DNA from: Octopus bimaculoides
Lineage: Eukaryota
Reading direction: 5' to 3'
DNA: 42,892 nt
NCBI RefSeq assembly: GCF_001194135.2
Contig: NC_068981.1
Location: forward strand, 81,562,162 to 81,605,053
This document shows, one piece after another, positions 11,232 to 22,440 of the stretch. The notes under the pieces were generated by a model. The model did no database searches. It saw only the letters and a list, made by a program, of their open reading frames with translations, and was not told the DNA's origin. The first letter of the stretch is position 1. Each line of letters opens with the position of its first letter. Both the position numbers and the translations under genes were made by a program.

Positions 11232-11340
11232 GTATATCATGCTGACGGTCTTTTAAAATCTTTTTTAATTTTGAAAGAAGGATACTATGTGTGTGTATAA
11301 CTAGAACACAGTCATGTAATGTGTGTGTGTATGTGTGTAT

Positions 11341-11528
11341 AGCTGTGTGGTTAGGAAGTATTTTTTCAGATGTGGCTCTGATGTAAGAAGATTATTACTC
11401 AATCATATGGTTTGGTTCTGAGTTTAGTTCCACTGTGTGGCACCTTGGGCAAGTGTCTTCAACTATAGCCCTGGGTAGACCAAAGCCTTGTGAGTGGATT
11501 TGGTGGATAGAAAGTGAAAGATATCCTT

Positions 11529-11572
<44 letters not shown>

Positions 11573-11582
11573 NNNNNNNNNN

Positions 11583-11610
<28 letters not shown>
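11341..11610 (+). mobile_element. SINE family A 5' part ending in (TG)n(TA)n with a 10-N gap
   Basis: gctgtgtggtt...gcaccttgggcaagtgtcttc...ccaaagccttgtgagtggatttgg. Confidence 0.8.
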
Positions 11611-11622
<12 letters not shown>

Positions 11623-11668
11623 GTAAATAAATTTTTAATATTTAATGGAAGCAACAGAGTGACATTGA

Positions 11669-12152
11669 TGATGCCAGGTTTGCCTGACTGGCTCTCGTGT
11701 TGGTGGCATGTAAAAAGCACCAGCCAAACGTGGTTGATGCCAGTGCCCCCCGACTGGCTCCCGTGCTGGTGGCACATAAAAAGCACCATCCGAATGTAGT
11801 TGATGCCAGGTCCGCCTGACTGGCACCCATGCTAGTGGCATGTAAAAAGCATCATCTGAATGTGGTTGATGCTAATGCCCCCTGACTGGTTCCCGTACCT
11901 GTTGCATGTAAAAAGCACTATTTGAAAATAATTGGTGCCAGGGCCACCTAACTGGCTTCTCTGCTGGTGGCATTTAAAAAGCACCCACTACACTCTCGGA
12001 GTGGTTGGTGTTAGGAAGGACATCCAGCTGTAGAAACATTGCCAAATAAGATTGGAGCCTGGTGCAGCCGCTGGCTTTCCAGACCTCAGTCAAATCGTCC
12101 AACCCATGCCAGCATGGAAAACGGATGTTAAATGATGAAGATGATGATAATG
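11669..12152 (+). mobile_element. RTE 3'-tail-derived element with five 66-bp tandem units and (TGA)n tail
   Basis: Units start at 11669, 11735, 11801, 11867 and 11933, followed by cacccactacactctcggagtggttggtgttaggaagg...ttaaatgatgaagatgat. Confidence 0.85.
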
Positions 12153-12712
12153 ATTTTACTTGGACCAGTCTGTCTAATGCAGGGGTGTGGGGGTGTTGTA
12201 ACTCTCATCACAACACTTTTCCTTTTACGCAAACTGTCAAATTTATCCTAAACTGCCTGTAACTAGGATGCAGTGATGAAATCTATGTATGTATAACTAT
12301 GATGTATATGTGTGTGTATAACTAGGATGTACTTTTGTAGTATATTTATGTGTATATGTAGGATATATTGATGTGGTGTTTGTATTTATGTTTACAATGG
12401 TGTAGCTAATTATTTTTGAATACAGCAAACATTTTGAAATACTTCTCAAGTAATATCTCAGATTGAAGATGTAACCTCTCAGTGTGGAAGATCCTCTTAC
12501 ACAAAAACCAAAATCCAACCATATCTGTAATAAAGAGAGAGGATCCACAATGTTATCTGCCTATGGAGACACAACATGGTCATGCATACAAACTAGAATA
12601 TCATAATGGATGGCAGATGATTGGGAGAAAAGGTACCAGTGGGGAATGTTATGCTTCTTACTGTGTAACACTTATTGTTGATTGTATTTTATTTCTTTTA
12701 ATCATCTTATAG

Positions 12713-12790
12713 CATCAAGTTCCAGCTATTACTCAACCTCAACATCAGAAGGCAATGAATGTTCTCATTGAAAGAGCACAAGCGCAAAAC
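12713..12790 (+). CDS. FPGS: FPGS exon E5: HQVPAITQPQHQKAMNVLIERAQAQN
   Basis: TTATAG acceptor, GTAAGT donor. 78 nt, aligns with human QGVPAFTVLQPEGPLAVLRDRAQQIS. Confidence 0.92.
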
Positions 12791-12806
12791 GTAAGTTTGA
12801 TTTAGT

Positions 12807-14160
12807 GAATGTTTACCTTTGATAACTGTGAGTATTTACCTTTGATTAACTGTGAGTGTTTACCTGTGATAACTTTGGGTGTTTACCTTTGATAATCATG
12901 AGTGTTTACCTTTGATAGCCGTGAGTGTTTACCTTTGGTAACCATGAGTGTTTACCTTTGGCAACTGAGTGTTTACTTTGATAACTGACAGTGTTTACTT
13001 TTGATAACCACAGATGATTACCTCTGATAACCATGAGTGTTTACCTTTGGCAACTGAGTGTTTACTTTGATAACTGACAGTGTTTACTTTTGATAACCAC
13101 AAATGATTACCTCTGATAACCATGAGTGTTTACCTTTGATAACTTTGGGTGTTTACTTTTGATAACCATGAGTGTTTACCTTTGGTAACTGTGAGTGTTT
13201 ACCTTTGGTAACTGTGTTTACCTTTGGTAACTGTGTTTACCTTTGGTAACTGTGTTTACCTTTGATAACTGCGAGTGTTTACTTTTGATAACTGCGAGTG
13301 TTTACTTTTGATAACCTTGAGTGTTTACTTTTGATAACTGCGAGTGTTTACTTTTGATAACTGCGAGTGTTTCCTTTTGATAACTGCAAGTGTTTACCTC
13401 TGGTAACTGCAAGTGTTTACCTCTGGTAACTGTGAGTGTTTACCTCTGGTAACCGTGAGTGTTTACCTCTGGTAACCGTGAGTGTTTACCTCTGGTAACC
13501 GTGAGTGTTTACCTCTGGTAACCGTGAGTGTTTACCTCTGGTAACTGTGAGTGTTTATCTTTGGTAACTATGGGTGTTTACCTTTGATAACCATGAGTGT
13601 TTGCCTCTGGTAACCACGGTCGTTTGCCTCTGGTAACTGCGACTGTTTGCCTCTGGTAACCGTGGCCGTTTGCCTCTGGTAACCACGAGCGTTTTTTAAA
13701 ATTTTTTTTATTTATTTATTATTTTTTGCCCCCGGTAACCACGAGCGTTTGCTTCCGGTAACCGCGTCCGTTTGCCTCCAAAAACCGCAGCCGTTTGCCT
13801 CTGGAAACTGCGCCCGTTTACCTCTGTAGCCACACCCGTTTGCCTCTGGTAATCGTGAGCATTTGCCTCCGGTAGCCGCGAGCGTTTGCCTCCAGTAACT
13901 GCAAGTGTTTGCCTCCGGTAGCTGCGAGTGTTTGCCTCCGGTAACCGCGAGCGTTTCCTTCTGGTAATTTCAAGTGTTTGCTTCTTGTAATTTTGAGTGC
14001 TTACCTCTGTTAATACGAGTGTTTACCTCTGATACTCCCAATTGTTTGCCTCTGATAATAAATGTCAAGTGTTACCTCTGATAATGTCGAATGTTTACCT
14101 TTGATAATTCCGAGTGTTTGCCTTTGGTAATCCCGAGTGTTTACCTCCAATAATTTTGAG
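12807..14160 (+). repeat. 23-bp minisatellite (variant GAGTGTTTACCTCTGGTAACCGT), roughly 55-60 units
   Basis: Period measured at 13441/13464. No unique spacers. Poly-T interruption near 13690-13727. Confidence 0.95.
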
Positions 14161-14271
14161 GGCTGTTTTTTTAGGATTTGGTTAAGTTAACCAGGCATAA
14201 CTATGATGTTTATATGATGTATATATGTATGTGTGTTATTAGGATGTATTTTTATAATATATGTGTGCATC

Positions 14272-14642
14272 TTGTTTCAGTCATTTGACTGTGGCCATAC
14301 TGGGGCACCACCTTGAATAATTTTTAGTTGAATGAATTGACCCCAGTACTTATTTTTTTAAAACCTGATATTTATTCTTTTGATCTCTTTTGCTGAATTG
14401 CCAAGTTATGGGGACGTAAACACACCAGCATTAGTTGTCAGGTAGTGGAAGGAGATAAACAAGGACACAAAGACACACACACACGTATATGATGGGCTTC
14501 TTTCAGTTTCTGTGTACCAAATCCACTCACAAGGTTTTTGGCTAGCCTGAGGCTATAGTAGAAGGCATTTGCCGAAGGTGTTGCGCAGTGGGACTGAACC
14601 CAGAACCATGTGGTTGGGAAGCAAGCTACTTACCACACAGCT
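14272..14642 (-). mobile_element. SINE family A, near full length
   Basis: Reverse complement colinear with 27575-27998. Confidence 0.85.
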
Positions 14643-14748
14643 GTAACTGTACCTATATGTAAGATTTATTGACTTAATGGATGTATTTATGTTTTCCAAG
14701 ATGTAGCTAATTCTATTTGAAGAGAGGAAACTTTTGAGATATTTCTCA

Positions 14749-14901
14749 CATGGCTGTGTGGTAAGAGGCTTGCTTCCCAACCACATGGTTCTGGGTTCAG
14801 TTCCACTGTGTGGCACCTTGAGCGAGTGTCTTCTACTGTAGTCTTGGACCGACCAAAGCCTTGTGAGTGGATTTTGTAGATGGGAACTAAAAGAAACCCA
14901 T

Positions 14902-14942
<41 letters not shown>

Positions 14943-14948
14943 GTGTGA
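14749..14948 (+). mobile_element. SINE family A 5' part
   Basis: catggctgtgtggtaagaggcttgcttcccaaccacatggttc... ending in (TA)n(TG)n. Confidence 0.85.
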
Positions 14949-15038
14949 CAGATTGTCAGCATTTACACTGCCACAAGACCTTGGTATGTGAAAAAAAAGA
15001 AAATCCATGAATCTCATTTTATTTTGTTATTCTTGCAG

Positions 15039-15171
15039 AATCCACTGTACACTGTATCAGGAAATGTACCTGGTTTAAACAATGACACAACCAATTATGA
15101 ACCATTTCAACTTTTGAATATATCATTAGCAATCCAGTTGGCTCGAATATGGCTAAGTGACCACGATCAAG
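15039..15171 (+). CDS. FPGS: FPGS exon E6: NPLYTVSGNVPGLNNDTTNYEPFQLLNISLAIQLARIWLSDHDQ
   Basis: TTGCAG acceptor, G|GTAAAA donor (phase 1). QxxNxxLA motif of FPGS/FolC. Confidence 0.9.
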
Positions 15172-15299
15172 GTAAAAAAAAAAAAATTATCCTGCTTATT
15201 TATATCATGACTTTCTTGTAGATTAATGATGGATTAATGATTTTTGCTATTTTAGATGTTTTTTTTAAAAATGTTATTGGAGTATTTTAATGCAGTGAC

Positions 15300-15518
15300 A
15301 GTGGTTTCAAATTTTGGCACAAGGCCAGCAATTTCTGGGGAAGGGGTAAGCCAATTACATTGACTGCCATACACTGAAAGGCAAAGTCGACTCTGAAAGT
15401 CACCTTTGAAAGGCAAAGTCAACCCTGATGGCATTTGAACTCAGAACGTAAAGTCAGAAGAAATACCACTAAGCATTTTGCCTGTCTTGCTAAGAATTCT
15501 GCCAACTTGCCATCTTAT
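15300..15518 (-). mobile_element. SINE family C copy
   Basis: gaaaggcaaagtcgac (short internal duplication)...catttgaactcagaacgt...ctgccaacttgccatctta. Confidence 0.75.
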
Positions 15519-16436
15519 TTCCATGTATTGGTATTATTGATGTCTGGTATCAATACAAGGTGGTAGATTTCTAATTTACTAGTGGTTAGGGATTTAAGAA
15601 GTTCACTTTGCAATCATCTTGTTCAGTCCAATTGCACAGCATCTCGAGCAAGTGCTTTCTATAACTCTGGGCTGACCTGTTCCTTGTGTGCAAATTTAGT
15701 AGATGGAAATTGAAAGGACTCCATCAAACGTGTTTATTTGTCTCTCCTTGTCTTGATATTGCATGCTAATTCTAAACAAAGATCACCAGTGTATAAGCTG
15801 TATTGTTTGTTTGCAATCTCTTATGAAAACTTTGTGCTGCTTATGTCTGAAGAACTAGAGAAAATATTATTTTGCTTGGAAACAATTGAGGTTTTGTTGA
15901 CAGGAAGAGCATCCCACCATAGAAAAACTGCCTTAATGAATTTCATCTGACCTATGTTAGCATTGAATGAGGAACATTAAAACAATGACAAGTGAGTAGA
16001 GCTTAAACAAATGTATCAGTCAGACAGTCTATTTTAATATTATTTCTACTTATTTGAGTGGTAGACTTAATCTATTATACAAATTAACATTACCATGTGG
16101 CACTTTGGTGTTTTTATTGGAAGCCTGTAAAATGTTATGTATACTGCTTTTCCTTCTGTGATTAAGCCATGTAAAAAATGCATATTACTATGTTGGTGGT
16201 ATGTATTTTTTCTACCTCAGAAGGATAAAAAGCAATTGTTGATCTAACGGTGTTCACTAAAATTAAATGACAAGGTACAAAATAAGCAAGAACTTAAATC
16301 ATATCTGAAATTTGTAGGTCAAATAGACTTAGATCAAAAGCATATCAACTATGACCATCCTGTCTTGCCAATTTTTTTTTAGGTTGTACCAAGGGAGACT
16401 TGGTTGCCATTCCCAGTAGATCAAATAACTATTTAA

Positions 16437-16889
16437 CCCTTTAGTGTTCAGACTGGCCAAAAGTAAAAATACTTTTGAGACTTCTTGGTTTTTTTCAATG
16501 TTTGAAGAGAAGTGTATATCTTAGTTTTTAATGATATGGTGTCAGCAAGTACCAATTCCAACTTTGAAGGTTTTACTCTTGATGATGTATAAAACATAAA
16601 TGAAAAGTCATTTGTCTTCAGATGAATCTGATATTGATATTTATGAATCTTCATCGGACAAGGAAGATTTTGATAATGAAAGTCAAATTTAATCTGAAAG
16701 ATCAGCTAAAATTACATAACTATAAACCAATGGTATATAAGCACCCATTGACAAAATTTCAAATCTGTATGTAAAAAATTAACAAAGTTACAAGCAAATA
16801 TTGTGGACACCCCTCTTGAACTTCAATAAGTCAAAATAATGTGAACAAATAGCCATTACATTTGACAGATTAATCTGAACACTAAAGGG
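16437..16889 (+). mobile_element. Non-autonomous piggyBac element (internally deleted)
   Basis: TTAA at 16433-16436 and 16890-16893. Perfect 16-bp TIRs CCCTTTAGTGTTCAGA / TCTGAACACTAAAGGG. Internal acidic peptide SSDESDIDIYESSSDKEDFDNES resembles piggyBac transposase N-termini. Confidence 0.88.
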
Positions 16890-17163
16890 TTAAAGCAGTC
16901 ATGGTCAAACGTGTGTTTTTTTCAGGACTTTCTGAATGGCATGTCTAATGATAATATACCTTGAATTTTTTTTAGTAGAGTAGCCTGCCTGATGACGAGT
17001 CATGTCTAAAGTGACCTGCTTCTTGGAAAAGGCTTTCTTGTTTACTTGTATGTTGAAATGTTGGTGTTAGTGGTCTTCTTTAATTGAAACTAGAAGATAA
17101 CCATCTGACTCATTTTACCCTTATATAATCTGATATCCTCTCTTTTATCTCTAATCTTATCAG

Positions 17164-17268
17164 AGAACTGTCGGAAACAGTGGTTTAATGATTGCAATAT
17201 CCAATCAGGGTCAACAAACCTACCAGTTCTTGATTTTGATTTTCCAGATTTCTCCAAATTCATTAGAG
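17164..17268 (+). CDS. FPGS: FPGS exon E7: (E)NCRKQWFNDCNIQSGSTNLPVLDFDFPDFSKFIR
   Basis: Pyrimidine tract + CAG acceptor, G|GTAAAT donor. Phase 1/1 and open, fits between E6 and E8. Variable linker, weak similarity to human LPLAPVF...MRLG. Confidence 0.78.
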
Positions 17269-17469
17269 GTAAATGTTATTTTTGTCTTGTCAATCATTGA
17301 TTCGAAAGTCCAGATGCAATATACCATAATCAACAGAATGCATTATCACAGCTACAGTTGATGAAACTTTTAATTTCCAATTTTACTCTTCAAAGTCAAA
17401 TCCTTAAAGAAAAAAAAACTGTAATTTTATCAAGCATTCAACACCACCACCACCACCACCACCACCATC

Positions 17470-17690
17470 ACCACCATCATCATCTTCCTCATAATCATTT
17501 AATGTCTATTTTCCATGTTGGTGTAGGTTGGATGGTTTGATTGGAGCCGGCAAGCCAGAGGACTCCAGCAAGCCCCAATATTTGCTTGGCATGATTTCTA
17601 CAACTCAATATACTTCTTAATGCCAACCACTTTAGAGAGTGTAGTGAGTGCTTTTCATGTGGCACCAGCATCACTGAGGTCACCAAGTAA
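17470..17690 (-). mobile_element. RTE 3'-tail element, old copy with (CAT)n/(CAC)n tail
   Basis: Reverse complement matches gcacccactacactctc...ggttggcattaagaag...aacc...catggaaaatagacattaaatgat. Confidence 0.7.
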
Positions 17691-18789
17691 TTCGCAAGAC
17701 AAGACCTCTCAGCTGAGTGGGTGTAGATTTGAGGAAGGTGGCTTTATACCATATGGTGGGAGGTTAAAGTATGATAAAGAGTCAGTTACAGGTGTCTGTG
17801 AAAGTAAGAGATTGTGGTTGTGATGTGTCAAGGTGTACCCTCAAATTACATGAAGGTGAATATAAGTGAAGTGATATGGAAAATTGGACAGGGTGAGTGG
17901 GTAAGTAAGTAAGCACCCCTACAATTAAACAGTTAAGAAGTACATATACCAGTGAATGGGATGTAAAATTAGTGCCTGTTGTTCATAGCATTTTTTTCTA
18001 AGTTGCACTTAACTGCTTCCTCCTTCTATAGGACAAACAAAAGTAGACAATCTTGATTAGATGGCAATAGCCAATCAAACTAGTTGCGCTGTTGCCTGGA
18101 TATTTATTGATTTTAGTTCTTCTGATTAGCATCCTGTTTTGCATAAAACATATATCTCAGCCCTATCACTAATCCCTTACCTCTTGCCTGTTCCCTGCCA
18201 TCCTCCCCCAGCCTCCCTTCTTACCATTCTTCTTTCATCCCTCTGCCCAGTTATCATTACCCTCTCTCTTTTGTTCTCATCCCTGGCTCTGGATATCTCT
18301 TTCTTTTGCACTCCACCTCCACACACTTCACATCATCTGTACTGCCACTTTTACCTCTTTGATCCACTCCTACTACTTCCATTTTGCCCACTCCAAACTG
18401 ATATCTATGACTGACCATTCCTTCACTAGTGATCACCATTCATTTCATACACCTCTGTTCTCAACTTTATCCACCTGCCACTCTGTTTGCACTCTCATAA
18501 ACTTACCTACCCACAGTCCCTCTCCAATCCTACTTACCATTTTTTTTATATTCACCTTATTGTATTTTGTGGATACACCATGACATCTCATCACTGTCAT
18601 CTTTTCTCTTTTCTCTCTTTCCATCTGAAGCAGATATTTATCTCCTCTATAGCAAGACACATGTTCTTGTCTCCCTATCAGATTTTTACCTCTTCATCAC
18701 CTGACACAAAGCCATCTCCCTCAGTATTTCATCTACCTCAGTTGAGGGGTCTTTCTTGTGAGTTACTTGGCAATTTTTCTGATGTTGTT

Positions 18790-18965
18790 ACCACATAAAA
18801 AGCACCCAGTACATTCTGTAAAGTGGTTGGCATTAGGAAGGGAATCTAGCTGTAGGAACCAGGCCAAAATGGATGGTAGAGCTGACTTGCCAGCTCCTGT
18901 CAAACTGTCCAACCTATGCCAATATGGAAAAAAAAAGATGTTAAATGACAATGATGATGACAATG
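18790..18965 (+). mobile_element. RTE 3'-tail element, old copy
   Basis: cacataaaaagcacccagtacattctgtaaagtggttggcattaggaaggg...gatgttaaatgacaatgatgatg. Confidence 0.7.
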
Positions 18966-19446
18966 TATAGCGATAATACTGACTTAACTTGGAGCTCAAA
19001 TTTCACTATTAATGACTTATTCAACTGGTTGAATAAGCTGTTAAAGGCTTGAGGTTGCAATCAAATCAATAGTTAACTATTACTGTACTGAACTGATAGA
19101 ATCCCACTATTAGTAAATATTTTATTATCTGCAAGTTTCTGTTATTGTTCCTTGTATTTCCTTCTTTAATCTACACACCTTATGACACTGAATACTTTTG
19201 AAACTAAGCTAAGCAACACATGTGAGCACTAATCTTTACAAGCAGTAACTCCTAGTAAGAACTGACTGGATGTGATAACTTTTCCAACTCCTGCCAGCTT
19301 GGAAAGCAGATGTCCACTCACACACACATGCTTGGATACATGCACACACACACACGTTTTCTACTATAGTTTTGAGTTGACCAATGCCTTGTGAGTGAAT
19401 CTGCTATACAGAAAATGTATGGAAGCTCATTGCACATGTATGCATG

Positions 19447-19492
<46 letters not shown>

Positions 19493-19756
19493 CAGTTATT
19501 GATATCTTACAGCATTGCTTGTCATTGACTGAGCCAAAAAACATTAATATTGTATTTGCATTTGTTGTAGACATTATGATCTGCTGCTTTGTTTTATTCA
19601 AAAATCTATGGAATAAGAAAAATCCTTTATTTGAAAAATAGATAAAGGCTTGGCAACAAGAACACCTGACCATAAAATACTGCCTGAAATAAGTCTTTTG
19701 TCCAATTCATGTTCTCCTAGAAAATGGACATTAAAAAAATATGAACATTCATGTTT

Positions 19757-20184
19757 CATACAGTTCTATATTTAAGAGATGAGGAATTATGTACATTATT
19801 TATATTTGACATACATTTGTCCTCATCTTGTTTGTTGTTAACACGTTTCGGCTAATATACCCTCCAGCCTTCATCAGGTGACTTGGGGAAATTTCGAACA
19901 TGGGGTCTCATTCCTAAGGTATTTTTCAATGTTATTATTATTACGGCATATGGTGTAGCGGTTAAGAGCGCGGGCTAGTAACCCCAAGTTTCTGAGTTCG
20001 ATTCCAGGCAGTGACTTGAATAATAATAATAATAATAACAACAACAACATCGAAAAATACCTTAGGAATGAGAACCCAGGTTTGAAATTTCCCCAAGTCA
20101 CCTGATGAAGGCTGGAGGGTATATCAGCCGAAACGTGTTAACAACAAATAAGATCAGGACAAATATCTGTCAAATGTAAATAAT
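19757..20184. mobile_element. Composite SINE family B insertion: minus-strand tail copy (19757-19943) joined to a plus-strand headed copy (19944-20184)
   Basis: Arms 19795-19943 and about 20030-20184 are reverse complements. Whole unit flanked by ATTCATGTTT at 19747-19756 and 20185-20194. Confidence 0.88.
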
Positions 20185-20861
20185 ATTCATGTTTAAACAG
20201 GCCAGATCTGACATCTCACACTTACTCTCCAATGTTATTCTAAAAAGAAACAATCACATCATCAAAACCCCAAAGCTATGAGATAATGCATATTTAATTC
20301 AAAACTGTTAATAAATAAGTATTACATTTGACAAAGTAATCTGAATGCTAAAAGGTTAAAGCTTATGAGTGGCCCATCTTTTGCATATGGGACTTTGGTG
20401 ATGGTTTGAGGTGGTAAAATGTATGTCTTATAATGCCATCAAATACAGTACTTATACAGAGCTCTCTTTTCTCATCTCTCAGTTATGGTTAAGTCTAACA
20501 ATGCTGCTCTCACATTTTAGTGTTGGGAACATGTCTGAAAAATTCTTTGAAAGATACTTTTTATGAATAAATGTTCTACCTGGAAAGATTTTCATTGTTG
20601 CAGACATGTATGGTTGAGAAGTTTGTTTTGCAACATTGTAGTTTGGGGTTCAGCATCTTGGACATGTCATCTTTTATAGCTCTGAACTGACCAATTCCTT
20701 GTGAGATTAGGAAAGTTATTCTTAAGATTAGGAAAGTTGATGACATAATTCAGAGTTCAGTAAGAATGTTATGATCAAGCATCTCATATTAAGAATATTG
20801 ACTTGGGTATGGCAGGTTGAAATACATTCATATTCTAATCATTGGCTGCCTTTCTCTGCAG

Positions 20862-20959
20862 GAATTAAGACCTGTCACATACCTGGTCGATTACAAATTA
20901 TAAAACATGAATCAGTGAGTTTCTACTTGGATGGTGCTCACACTGAGGAGAGCATGAAA
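20862..20959 (+). CDS. FPGS: FPGS exon E8: (G)IKTCHIPGRLQIIKHESVSFYLDGAHTEESMK
   Basis: CTGCAG acceptor, GTAAGA donor. PGR and YLDGAHT motifs. Confidence 0.95.
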
Positions 20960-20992
20960 GTAAGAAGAAACTTCATTTTATTGTAACATTAA

Positions 20993-21206
20993 CCCTTTTA
21001 TTACCATATTTTTGTTAAAATACATTGCCTTTCTTTTAACTAATTTTGAAAATATTGAATTTAGTAAGATAATTTTGTCGTTATTGAGTTTGGAACATAA
21101 CTTCATGTGAAATTTTGATGGGAGGTTTTTAATTTAGTTCATTTAAAAACAGTAAGTTTCTATCATAGAACTAAGGATGTTCTAAGTGGGGTTGGTACCA
21201 AAAGGG
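20993..21206 (-). mobile_element. piggyBac-type MITE
   Basis: TTAA (20989-20992) CCCTTTT...AAAAGGG TTAA (21207-21210). Lies 33 nt after the E8 donor. Confidence 0.8.
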
Positions 21207-22244
21207 TTAAACCACCATCATCATAATTATTTTCATGTTGATTTTACTATGTATGTATGGATGAGAGAGGTTTTCTCTCACACAGTATTTTGTCATTTGT
21301 TGCAATCCATCATCATCTTTGTGAGGTTCAACTGTTTCAGTCAGTCTCCATCACTACTTCCCTGGTTGTTGTCTTTTAACAGATGTTAAAGGATAATGAC
21401 GATGAATATGATGAGCTGAAGGGAAAAAAAGGATTCAGATTGTTATGTCTCAAGCTACTGCTATCTAGCACCTTCGGATGATCTCTACTCAACCGCTGCA
21501 CGACTGCTACTCAACAGTCACTCAACTCTCTACCACGGTCAGACTACCTCTATTTATATGTCTTGGACGATCCTACTTCTTCGCTTGGGGGCGTCGACAC
21601 AACACAGATTAACCAGCTGTCTAAGGGAAGACCATTATTTCAGATGTGTGATATGTGTGAAGGACGATAGGAAAGACTTCATTGTTTATACACATCCAGT
21701 GGAGTATCCTCACATCATTTTATTCATACCTTTGCACATCTCTACTTTCAGTGGCCATAATTTGCTTCCATGAAGTATCCTATTTTGTGTGTATGTAACA
21801 TACAATCTGGCTTTTGTTTTTTTAAGAGAGAGTAGCCCTTTTTTCTCAGCAGAAGTAATATTTCCTTGAACTTTTTCCACCCTGTTCTAATTTTACTATT
21901 CTACCTATTATGCTTTTGCAGCAGCTGCCTCTACCGTTAATTATGACACCTAATTAACAGAAGTTGTATACTACTTCTAGAGAACTTTCGGAGTGTTGAT
22001 AAAATTCATGTGATGGCTATTCTAACTACTAACTATGCCTATGCATCTTTTATATACAAAGTCTATTTTTGTCAGACACTGTATCTTTTGTGTACCATAC
22101 TTTACAGGGGTACACAGCATAAAATTATTTCAAGCTACTTCTTTTCTGTATATTGTGCATGGCTACTTCCTCGAAGTCAGTTTTATATATTTATTTGATA
22201 TGTAAAACTTTTTGTCCTCAATAGGTTTACTTTTGGGCCTGCTT

Positions 22245-22440
22245 CTATATCTGGAAATTTTCTTGCAAGTCATTGAAAAATTTGGTTATGAGGACCAGAT
22301 CATTAGCATACAGGAGTTCTCTGTTAATGCCTGAGTAGCTATAATAAACAAGAAGTGGCTGAGAACAGCCTTGATGGACGCTTACATCCATATTAAATTC
22401 TTCACTGAATGTAGTATTAATTCTCATCTTGTTGACATTA
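22245..22440 (-). mobile_element. RTE reverse-transcriptase fragment
   Basis: Track ORF 22245..22427: SEEFNMDVSVHQGC..PLL and ELLYANDLVLI, decayed VGVHQGS..SPLLF and ELLYADDL motifs. Confidence 0.8.

Noticed and set aside
12807-14160. CRISPR-like array of short palindromic repeats
   Set aside because: Monomers are contiguous with no unique spacers, there are no cas genes, and the context is a eukaryotic intron. It is a minisatellite.
17700-18780. Pyrimidine-rich block with several short ORFs
   Set aside because: Looks like the antisense of a very old LINE. I could not recover diagnostic motifs, so it is not called.
19944-20015. Functional tRNA gene (also 4950-5020 and 1370-1435)
   Set aside because: A/B boxes are present but there is no complete cloverleaf or acceptor stem, the anticodon differs between copies (AGT vs CCT), and each continues into a SINE body.
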